From assembly GCA_963809895.1 (NCBI GenBank), contig CAWELD010000003.1:3392001-3456000 (forward strand): 64,000 nt of DNA. Reading direction: 5' to 3'. How positions within the stretch are numbered: the first letter of the stretch is position 1; each line of letters starts with the position of its first letter. This DNA is from an uncultured Gemmatimonadales bacterium. Its GTDB lineage: Bacteria; Gemmatimonadota; Gemmatimonadetes; Longimicrobiales; Gaopeijiaceae. The notes under the pieces were generated by a model, which saw only the letters and a program-made list of their open reading frames with translations, had not been told where the DNA came from and did no database searches. The translations under genes and the position numbers were made by a program. Positions 55,104-64,000 of this stretch are shown in pieces.

Positions 55104-56060
55104 ATGTCGGATGCTCGCATCGTGCCGCGCGGAGTCATCGCAGGAGTCGTGGGAGCCACCGTCATGGCGGCGTGGTTCCTGGCGGTGGACTGGCTTCAGG
55201 GAACGCCGCTCCAGACCCCGGCCTTCGTGGCCGGAGCCCTCCTGGGCGGCAGCGGTGCCGTGGCCGCCGGCCCGGTGATCATCTACAGCCTGATCCACTA
55301 CGCGGCCTTCGTCCTCGTGGGGATCGGGATCTCCGCCATGCTGAGCCGCATCCGCATCTCGGCCCCTTCCCTCCTGGGCGCCGTGGTGGGCTTCCTCCTC
55401 TTCGACGCCGTGTTCTACGGCAGCGTGGTCGTCACCGGTGTGGACGTCGTGGCGGCCCTGGGTTGGCCCGCAGTGCTGGTGGGCAACCTCCTGGCCGGCC
55501 TGGCGCTCATGGCGGTCCTGCACTGGAGCGGCGCCACTTCGCCCGAGCCCACGCTCTTCCGGCGCCTGTCGCGACGGCCGGTGATCCGCGAGGGCGTCAT
55601 GGTCGGGCTCGTAGGCGCCGTGGTGGTGGCGCTCTGGTTCCTGGTGCTGGACGGAGCGCAGGGTCAGCTCTTCCGCACGCCGGCCACGCTGGGATCGGCC
55701 CTGTTCCTGGGCGCCGAGTCTCCAGCCGAGGTGCAATACGGCTTCGGGGTGATCGCGGGCTACACCCTCGTCCACGGCGCACTGTGGATCATCGCCGGGC
55801 TGGTGGTGGCCGCTCTGGCTTCGGCCGCCGAGCGCACACCGCCGATCCTCCTCGCCGCCGGACTCCTGTTCGTGTCCTTCGAGGCGTTCTTCATGGGGAT
55901 CGTGGCGGTGGCTGCACAGGTCTTCCTGGGGCCCGACGCCTGGTGGGCCATCGGCGCGGGCAACATCCTGGCGGCCCTGGTCATGGGGCGCATGCTGTGG
56001 GCGGGACATCCGCGGCTGGCGCAGGAGCTCCGGAACAAGGAATTCCTGACCGCGAGTTGA
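55104..56060 (+). CDS. Multi-TM membrane protein with two internal repeats
   Basis: Duplicated unit G..G..GA..A.WFL..D..QG...TPA / Y.L.H / GN.LA. RBS GGAGGG. Confidence 0.8.
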   Translation: MSDARIVPRGVIAGVVGATVMAAWFLAVDWLQGTPLQTPAFVAGALLGGSGAVAAGPVIIYSLIHYAAFVLVGIGISAMLSRIRISAPSLLGAVVGFLLFDAVFYGSVVVTGVDVVAALGWPAVLVGNLLAGLALMAVLHWSGATSPEPTLFRRLSRRPVIREGVMVGLVGAVVVALWFLVLDGAQGQLFRTPATLGSALFLGAESPAEVQYGFGVIAGYTLVHGALWIIAGLVVAALASAAERTPPILLAAGLLFVSFEAFFMGIVAVAAQVFLGPDAWWAIGAGNILAALVMGRMLWAGHPRLAQELRNKEFLTAS

Positions 56061-56275
56061 GGACGCCGATCGGGCCGGGCGCGGCCCGCCGCGGCAGGCT
56101 TTCCCTCAATCCCCGGAGAAGGCCTGGTAGAGCATCCAGGTGGCCACCGTGGCCAGCCCGAGCAGGAGCGCGGGAATGACCACGGTCCACAGCGGTCCGC
56201 CGATGGGCGGTTCGGCCGGCAGCGGCTGAAGCGCCTCCTGGGCGGAAAACACGGCCCGAACCAGGGCGAGCGGGC

Positions 56276-56395
56276 TCACGATTCCTCCTCGTCACGGTGG
56301 CGTCGCCTCCAGGCGTACCAGGCCAGGCCCATGCCGATGAACGACGCCACGTAGGCCATGCTCATCCCGATGACGGTCACGAACGCCTGTTCCAT
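56276..56395 (-). CDS. 39-aa single-TM small protein
   Basis: MEQAFVTVIGMSMAYVASFIGMGLAWYAWRRRHRDEEES. GAGGAGG RBS. Starts 2 nt after the transporter stop. Confidence 0.7.
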   Translation of the reverse strand: MEQAFVTVIGMSMAYVASFIGMGLAWYAWRRRHRDEEES

Positions 56396-56397
56396 GG

Positions 56398-58324
56398 TCA
56401 GCCCTCCTCGGAAGTCGGATGGGGCGTTTCCGCACGCTCCTGCCAGCGGACCTGACGCTCCAGGTCCACGAGGTCGGCGGCCTGCCGGGCCTCGTACTCC
56501 GCCGACACGGCGCGCAGCTTCGGGTCGATGACCCAGTAGAGGAGCAACGCTCCACTCACGCCGGCCACGGTCAGCACGATACCTCCGGGGCGCAGCAGGA
56601 GGATCGAAGCCACCCCGATCATGAGACAGCCCAGCACCACCGGTGACAGCACGATGGCGATCCAGTCCTCGCGGCTCCACTCAGCGGCTTCCTCGGCGGT
56701 CCACGTGCGCCGGATGAGCGGGCGGGGTCCCGACGCCGCAGTGCTCTTCGGGGTCTCGCGCACCAGTCCGCGGCGAACCGCCTCACGGTGCACCGGCCCC
56801 CACCAGCCGATGGGCCGGGTCTGCACGTAGAAGCGCACCAGGTGGTCCATGGACGCGGCCGGCGTCAGGAGCGTGGCCGGCAGGAAGACCGACCGCTCCG
56901 AGTCCCATGAGCAGCCAGAACTGCAGGTAGTCGGGGAGCGGCGGAAAGACGCCCAGCGCCGGGAGCACCCACACCACCAGCCAGGCGGCGCCCAGGTTCG
57001 CCATCCAGCCCGCCAGGTATCCCCAGGCATTGAAACGCCACCACACCACCTGGAGGATGTTGGGCAGCCACACGCCGGCCATCATGAGCCATAGCGCGAA
57101 GATCAGCCATTGCGTGATCTCCTGCATCATGAGCCCGTAGAAGAACGAGCCGATCAGCAGGATGGCGGTGGCCCAACGCCCGACCCACACCAGCTGCTTC
57201 TCGCTGGCGTCGGGCTTGAGGTAGCGTTGGTAGAGGTCCCGGGTGACGTAGAGCGCGCCCAGGTTGAGGTGGCTGGAGATGGTGGACAGGTGGATCGCCA
57301 GGATGGCGGCGAAGAAGACGCCGATGAGCCCCGCCGGCAGGAGCTCGAAGCCCAGGCGGAACCATCCCATCTCGTAGTCGGCGGTGTTGGCGATGCCCGG
57401 AGCCAGCGCGAAAAAGGCCAGGATGCTGGCGGCCCAGAAGCCGTTGCGGATGAGGGTGAGGGCGCCGCCGGCCCAGATGCCGTAGCTGGCGTCACGCACC
57501 GTGGCTGCCGACTGGATGCGCTGCGCCTCGGCGTACCAGTCGATACTGGTGCCCATGCCGAAGCCGCCCACCACGGCGATGACCAGCATGGTCAGGAACC
57601 AGGCGATGGGGAAATCCCCACTCATCCACCCGGTGAAGGCGAAGGCGTTCATGCGCCATCCCTCGCCCATGTCCACCAGGCGCGCCGCCAGCTCCGTGGG
57701 TCCTCCCACCGCGGCGATGCCCACCAGCGACACCAGGATGATGGCGAAGATGGCCACGATCCCCTGGAGAAAGTCCCCCATGACCACGCCCCAGTACCCG
57801 GCGGCCAGGGTGTAGACGGCCGTCACCAGGGTCGGGATGATGAGACCCACCCACACGGGCCAGCCGAAGACCAGCGCGCCCACCTTGCCCATGGCCATGC
57901 CCACCCATCCCAGGATGAACATGTTCATGAAGACCTGCCATCCGGCCATCCAGCCCCGGAGCAGCTCGGCGCCCAACCCCTCGAAGCGGATCACCTGCCA
58001 CTCGGCCTGGGTGTAGGCCAGGGAGCGCCGGAAGATGCGGGCGCTGACGAAGGCGCCGATGGCCGTCCAGGCGGTGAAGAAGCTGTACCACAGCCCCCGG
58101 AAGCCGTTGGCGTACACCACCCCGGTGATCCACATGGGGGTGTCGGTGGCGGTGTGGGTGCTGAACACCGACGAGGCGGGAAGCCACCAGGGCAGGCGCC
58201 GGCCGGCCAGGAAGAAGTCGGATTCGGAGCGCCGGGCCAGGCGGAAGAAGAAGAGCGCGCCCCCTACCATGAGGAGGAGGAACGCGCCGGCCCAGAACCA
58301 GTCCAGCGGCGTGAAGTGGATCAT
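56398..58324 (-). CDS. Sodium:solute symporter (SSS), split by a 1-nt frameshift near 56890
   Basis: DFFLAGRRLPWW, TDTP, AQRI, LPAGLIG, STISSHLN, WWRFNAWG. Continues in the other frame as VFLPATLLTP..LVRFY..RP.GWWGPV. Confidence 0.88.
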
Positions 58325-58473
58325 GGCGGCCCGGGTTGGAGGAAGACCGCGCCCAAGGTAGGACGGGACCGGTCCGCGCGACAGCGACGGTTTGCCAACG
58401 GGCGCCCGCAGCCGGAGGTTGTCCCTTCCCTGCGCGAGTCGTCCGTATGCGAACCGTCCCCGGAGGGAGACGC

Positions 58474-59982
58474 GTGCCTTCGAAGAAGCCCAGCCGCCGC
58501 GAGTTCCTGCGCACCGCCACCGCCGCCGCCGGCCTGCCCCTGCTCGGGGTGGATGCGACGAGGGCCGGCGCGGCAGGCCCCGACGCCCTGGAGTCGGCAC
58601 GCACCGGCGGGCAACCGGGCCGCGCGGCCCGCGTGGCGCGGCCCGTCCAGGAGCTGACCTCGCGCCGGCCCCCTCCCGACGAGCGGCGCTTCACCAGCGA
58701 AGCCGTGGAGCGCACCATCACCGAGGTGAAGGGCCGCCTGCGGGACCCCGCGCTCGGCTGGCTCTTCGAGAACTGCTTTCCCAACACACTGGACACCACC
58801 GTCGACCACACGGTGGTGGACGGCGTGCCCGACACCTTCGTCATCACCGGCGACATCGAGGCCATGTGGCTCAGGGACTCCACCGCCCAGGTGTGGCCCT
58901 ACCTTCCCCTGGCGCGCGACGACGAGGGGCTCCGGGGATTGCTGGCCGGTGTCATCCGCCGGCAGAGCTGGTGCATCGGTATCGACCCCTACGCCAACGC
59001 CTTCAACAAGGGCCCCGGCGAGAGTCCGTGGAAGGACGACCTCACGGACATGAAGCCCGAGCTGCACGAGCGGAAGTGGGAGGTGGACTCGCTCTGCTAT
59101 CCCATCCGCCTGGCCCACGGCTACTGGACCGTCACCGGCGACACCTCGCCCTTCGACGCCTCGTGGCGCCACGCCATGCACCTGGTGCTCCGGACCTTCC
59201 GCGAGCAGCAACGCAAGGAGGGCCGCGGGCCGTATCACTTCCAGCGGGTCACCGGCTGGCAGACCGACACGGTGGCCGGCAGCGGGTACGGGAATCCCAT
59301 GCGCCCGGTGGGTCTGATCGTGTCCATCTTCAGGCCCTCCGACGACGCCACCATCTTCCCCTTCCTGGTGCCGTCGAACCACTTCGCCGTCGTGAGCCTC
59401 CGGCAGCTCGCCGAGCTGTGGACGGCTCTGGGAGAGGACGCGTCGTTCGCCGGCGAGTGCCGGGCCCTGGCCGACGAGGTGGAAGCGGCGCTGGCCGAGT
59501 GGGCCGTGGTGGAGCATCCAGTGCACGGCCGCGTGTGGGCGTACGAGGTGGACGGGTTCGGCAACCGCCACCACATGGACGACGCCAACGTGCCCAGCCT
59601 GCTGTCGCTGCCCTACCTGGGGTGTTGCGCCCCCGACGATCCCCTCTACCGGCGCACCCGCGGCTTCGTGCTCAGCGGCGAGGATCCCTACTTCTTCCAG
59701 GGGACGGCGGGCGAGGGGGTGGGCGGTCCCCACGCCGGACTGGGCCGCATCTGGCACCTGGGCCTCGTCATGCGAGCGCTGACCAGCACCGACGACGCGG
59801 AGATCGCCACGGTGCTGGACACGCTGAAGAGCACCCACGCCGACACGGGATTCATGCACGAATCCTTCGACAAGGACGATCCCACCGACTTCACCCGGAG
59901 CTGGTTCGCATGGGCCAACACGCTATTCGGCGAGCTGATCCTCACCGTGCTGCAGGAACGGCCACACCTGGTGGCGAAGTGA
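58474..59982 (+). CDS. GH125 exo-alpha-1,6-mannosidase with Tat signal
   Basis: SRREFL Tat motif, FENCFPNTLDTT, TFVITGDIEAMWLRDS, ERKWEVDSL, FRPSDDA, MDDANVPSLLS, FTRSWFAWAN. Confidence 0.93.
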   Translation: MPSKKPSRREFLRTATAAAGLPLLGVDATRAGAAGPDALESARTGGQPGRAARVARPVQELTSRRPPPDERRFTSEAVERTITEVKGRLRDPALGWLFENCFPNTLDTTVDHTVVDGVPDTFVITGDIEAMWLRDSTAQVWPYLPLARDDEGLRGLLAGVIRRQSWCIGIDPYANAFNKGPGESPWKDDLTDMKPELHERKWEVDSLCYPIRLAHGYWTVTGDTSPFDASWRHAMHLVLRTFREQQRKEGRGPYHFQRVTGWQTDTVAGSGYGNPMRPVGLIVSIFRPSDDATIFPFLVPSNHFAVVSLRQLAELWTALGEDASFAGECRALADEVEAALAEWAVVEHPVHGRVWAYEVDGFGNRHHMDDANVPSLLSLPYLGCCAPDDPLYRRTRGFVLSGEDPYFFQGTAGEGVGGPHAGLGRIWHLGLVMRALTSTDDAEIATVLDTLKSTHADTGFMHESFDKDDPTDFTRSWFAWANTLFGELILTVLQERPHLVAK

Positions 59983-62900
59983 TGGGCAGGGGGTCGGTGA
60001 CCGCGCTGGCGGCGGCGCTGGCGCTGGCCGCGCTGGCCGGCTGTCACGCGCCCGACACACCTCCCCGGTCCGGGGCGCCCGATCCGCTGGCGTTGGTGGA
60101 TCCCTTTCTGGGCACCGGCGGCCACGGACACGTCTACCCCGGCGCCACCGTGCCTTTCGGCATGGTCCAGCCCAGCCCGGACAACGGCCAGGGCGGATGG
60201 GACTGGGTGTCGGGTTACAACTGGTCCGACAGCGTCATCGTGGGATTCAGCCAGACCCACCTGAGCGGGACGGGCATCGGCGACCTGCTGGACGTGTTGG
60301 TGCAGCCCGTGAAGAGCCCGGTGCCGGTGGCGGGACGATATCCGAACCGGCTGGCGCGTCCCTACGCCGCCGCCTTCAGCCACGACGACGAGACGGCCCG
60401 CCCGGGCTACTACGCCGTGACGCTGGGCGGCCCGGCGGGAGCGCACGCCGACGTGACCTCGGGCATCCGGGTGGAGCTCACCGCCACCGACCGGGTGGCG
60501 CTCCACCGCTGGACGTACCCCGCCGGCGCCGCCGCTGCCGGGGCCGTGGTGGACCTGGGCTACGCCATGAACTGGGACCGCACCACCGACGCCGCCCTGG
60601 CGCTGCACGGGGACTCGCTGGTGACGGGGCTGCGCTTCTCCAGCGGCTGGGCCGACGATGAGCGCGTCTTCTTCGCGCTGCGCGCCGACCGGCCCATCCT
60701 GGGCGTGCGCATGGCCGACGGGGGCACACCGCTGCCCGAAGACCAGACCAGCGGCCAGGGCACGCGGCTGCGAGCGCTACTGGACTTCGGCCCCCTGGCT
60801 CCCGGCACCCGGGTGACGGTGGCCGTGGCTCTCTCGTACGTGGACGGCGAGGGCGCGCTGGAGAACCTGCGCGCCGAGGCCCCGGAGTTGTCCTTCGACG
60901 AGGCGCGGGGCGCGGCGGCCCTCCGGTGGCGCCGGCAGCTGGACAAGGTCCGGGTGCGGGGGGGCACGCCCGAGCAGCGCACGCTCCTGGCCACCTCGTT
61001 CTACCGCACGCGCCTGGCACCGGTGCTCTTCCAGGACGTGGACGGTCGCTACCGCGGCGGGGACGGGCAGGTGCACACCGCCCGGGACTTCACCAACTAC
61101 ACCATCTTCTCGCTGTGGGACACCTTCCGGGCCGCCCACCCGCTCTACACCGTCACCGACGCCGACCGGGTATCCGATCTGGTGGGCTCCATGCTGGCCT
61201 TCTCCCGCGAGTACGGCTACCTGCCGGTGTGGTCGCTGGTGGGCAACGAGACCAACACCATGACCGGCCACCACGGGGTCCCGGTGGTGGTCGACGCCGT
61301 GCTCAAGGGCGAGGCCGGCGGCCACGGCGAGGCGGCGTTGGCCGCCGTGCTCAATTCCTCGTACGCCGATCACCGCGGGCTCGAGTTCTACAAGGAGTAC
61401 GGCTTCATCCCTTCGGATCTGGAGACCGAATCGGTCACCAAGACCCTGGAGTACGCCTACGACGACTGGTCGGCCGCTCGCCTGGCCAGGGCCATGGGCG
61501 ACAGCGGCCGCGGCCCGAGCGCCTCATGGCTCGCAGCCACTCCTGGCGCGCCTTGCTGGATCCCGCCACGGGCTTCATGCGGGGCCGCCACGCCGACTCC
61601 ACCTGGGTCCAGGACTTCGACCCGCGCCGTTCTTCCGGCGGAGAGAGCCACGACTACACCGAGGGCAACGCGTGGCAGCACTCCTGGTTCGTGCCCCACG
61701 ACCCGGCGGGGCTGGTGGCGGCCCTGGGCGGTGACGCCGCCTTCAGCGCGCGGCTGGACCGCCTCTTCAGCGAGAGCTCCGAAGTCACCGGTGACAACGT
61801 CGCGCCGGACATCTCGGGCCTCATCGGCCAGTACGCCCACGGCAACGAGCCCAGCCACCACATCGCCTACATGTACACCTTCGCCGGCCGGGCGGACCGC
61901 ACGGCGGACCGGGTGCGGGAGATCCTCGCCAGCCAGTACCACGCGGCCCCCGACGGACTGAGCGGGAACGAAGACTGCGGCCAGATGTCCGCCTGGTACG
62001 TGTGGAGCGCCCTGGGACTCTATCCCGAGAACCCGGTGGGTGGTGTCTACGTCATCGGCAGCCCGCTCTTCGAGGAGGCCTCCATCGACGTGGGCGGCGG
62101 ACGACGCTTCCGCATCGAGGCCCCCGGCGCTTCGGAGCAGCGGCGCTACGTGCGCTCGGCGACGCTCAACGGCCGACCCTGGCCCCTCACCTACCTGCGC
62201 CACGAGGACCTCATGGCCGGCGGCACCCTGCATCTGGAGATGGCCGCCACGCCCTCCGGAGACTGGGGCCGGCGTCCCGAGACCCGTCCGCCGTCGGCCT
62301 CGGATCCGGAGACGGTACGCGCCGCCCGCGCCGCGCTCGAGCACGCCTGGCGTGACGGCACCAGCCCGGACCAGGTGGCCGATCGGGACATGCAGGAGCG
62401 GCGCTATCTGCGGGCGGTCGACGGGCTCCCTACGGACACGGCCTTCGCCCGCCAGGTGCGGGCCGCGCTCAGCCACGCCTGGGACGGCTACATGGAGTAC
62501 GCCCGGGGCCACGACGACCTGCGGCCGCTGAGTCGTTCGTATCACGACTGGCACGACGTGCCGCTCCTGATGACCCCCGTCGACGGCTTCGACACCTTCG
62601 TCCTGGCCGGACTGGGCGACGAGGCCGGTGAGGCCAAGGAGTTGATTCTCGACGGGCTCTCGTTCGATCTGGACCTCACCGTCCAGGTCTTCGAGATCAC
62701 CATCCGGCAGCTCGGCGGGCTGCTGTCGGCGTACCAGCTCGACGGCGACCCCCGTTTCCTGGCGCAGGCCCGGGACCTGGCCGACCGCCTCATGCCCGCC
62801 TTCGACACCCCCACGGGGATCCCCTGGGTGCGCGTGAACCTCCAGACCGGCGACAAGCGCGAGCCGGTGAACAATCCCGCCGAGGTGGGCACACTCCTGC

Positions 62901-63718
62901 TGGAGTTCGGCACGCTGTCGCGCATCACCGGTGACCCCTCGTACTACGAGGTCGCCAAGCGGGCCATCCGGGCCGTCTTCGAGCGGCGCTCGGACATCGG
63001 GTTGGTCGGCACGCAACTGGACGCCGAGACCGGGGAGTGGACCAACCGGTCCAGCCACGTGGGCGGCCGCATCGACTCCTACTACGAATACCTGCTCAAG
63101 GGATGGATCCTCTTCGGCGACGAGGATCTGAAGGACATGTGGGAGACCAGCATCGCCGCCGTGAACCGGTACGTGGCCGACGACGTGGACGGCCGTCTCT
63201 GGTATGGACGGGTGGACATGGACACCGGAGAGCGCACCGCCACCCGCTTCGGCGCACTGGAGGCCTTCCTGCCGGGGGTGCTGGCGCTAGGGGGTGATCT
63301 GGAACGGGCCGAACGCCTCATGGAATCCGTGTATTCCATGTGGACCACCTTCGACGTGGAGCCGGAGCAGCTCGACTACTCCACCATGGAGATCACCTCG
63401 CCGGGCTACATCCTCCGGCCCGAGGCCCTGGAGTCGGCCTATATCCTGTTCGTCCTCACCGGCGACGAGCGCTGGCGCGACATGGGCCGGGACATCTTCC
63501 AGCGCATCGACCGCTACACCCGCTACGACGTGGGCTACACGCACCTCGCCGACGTGCGCACCAAGGAGCGGAGCGACGGCATGCAGTCGTTCTTCCTGGC
63601 CGAGACGCTCAAGTACGCCTACCTGCTGGCGGACCCCGGCGCCCTGGATTACGACGCCATCGTCTTCAACACCGAGGCGCACCCGTTGCGGCCGGTGGGA
63701 GGGACCGAGGAGCCGTAG
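59982..63718 (+). CDS. GH92 alpha-mannosidase fused to GH47 alpha-1,2-mannosidase (lipoprotein), frameshifted near 61505-61517
   Basis: Lipobox LAGC. GH92 motifs VDPFLGTGGHGHVYPGA, FSQTHLSGTG, FSLWDTFR, KTLEYAYDD, YTEGNAWQ, HGNEPSHH, GNEDCGQMSAWY. GH47 motifs HAWDGY..HDDLRP, VFEITIR.LGGLLS, AEVGTL.LEF, DSYYEYL.K, LRPEALES, SFFLAETLKY, FNTEAHP. Confidence 0.9.
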
Positions 63719-63731
63719 CGTGAAGGCGCCT

Positions 63732-64000
63732 TCAGTTCCCTGGCTCCCTCGCCCAGCGCAACACGCCACCCGCGTCGGCGGCGCGGAGCTGGAACGCCCA
63801 GCCGCCGTCCAGGTCCGCCACCTTCAGCAACACCCGGTTCCAGCCCGCCCGCAGGTGCACCGGCACCGCCAGGTCGTCGACCACGGCGATGTTGCGGCCC
63901 TGACGTTCCGACACCGGCTCTCCGTTGACCCACAGCCGGTGGGCGTCGTCGGCGCCCAGCAGCAGCACGGCATCGCGCTCGTCCGGTGAGTAGAGCCAGC
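63732..64000 (-). CDS. 3' end of a gene entering from the right edge, beta-sandwich (PA14/glycosidase-associated-like) domain
   Basis: WLYSPDERDAVLLLGADDAHRLWVNG..LRAGWNRVLLKV..GGWAF, open to the window end. Confidence 0.65.
   Translation of the reverse strand, partial: WLYSPDERDAVLLLGADDAHRLWVNGEPVSERQGRNIAVVDDLAVPVHLRAGWNRVLLKVADLDGGWAFQLRAADAGGVLRWAREPGN

Overview
High-GC (roughly 70% by eye) bacterial chromosomal DNA. The gene repertoire (Big_2/PEGA Ser/Thr kinases, CsgG-like and carboxypeptidase-regulatory-like exported proteins, DUF481) suggests Gemmatimonadota, which is an inference. Bases 1-20.4 kb hold a type VI secretion system. The minus strand carries tssB-tssC-hcp-tagJ-tssA-tssE-tssF-tssG-clpV (clpV runs off the left edge) and the plus strand carries tssK, a second tssK, tssL and tssM. 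Atypical parts are (i) an extra single-chain TssB-TssC fusion that lacks the TssC C-terminal domain, (ii) two divergent tssK genes, (iii) a Pro-rich, membrane-anchored protein with a kinase-N-lobe-like start and four repeated YTxx(hydrophobic) motifs, and (iv) no tssJ, with a different lipoprotein directly after tssM. vgrG, PAAR and effectors are not in the window. Bases 20.4-35.7 kb form a contiguous signalling/surface module: a canonical and an atypical (DFD, no alphaC-Glu) Ser/Thr kinase, an FHA-TM-trypsin protease, a pseudo-protease, two CsgG-like proteins, a beta-barrel and Ig-repeat lipoproteins. Bases 35.7-56 kb are mostly housekeeping and catabolic genes (lon with a sigma54-type promoter, MBL hydrolase, ggt, NUDIX, ETF-QO, AAA/VWA pair, a four-gene catabolic operon, mutY, DUF481). 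Bases 56-64 kb encode an alpha-mannoside utilisation locus (SSS transporter, GH125, GH92-GH47 fusion). Three genes carry short frameshifts that look like sequencing errors. No rRNA, tRNA, CRISPR array or transposase was seen. All family calls come from motif recognition by eye, not database searches.
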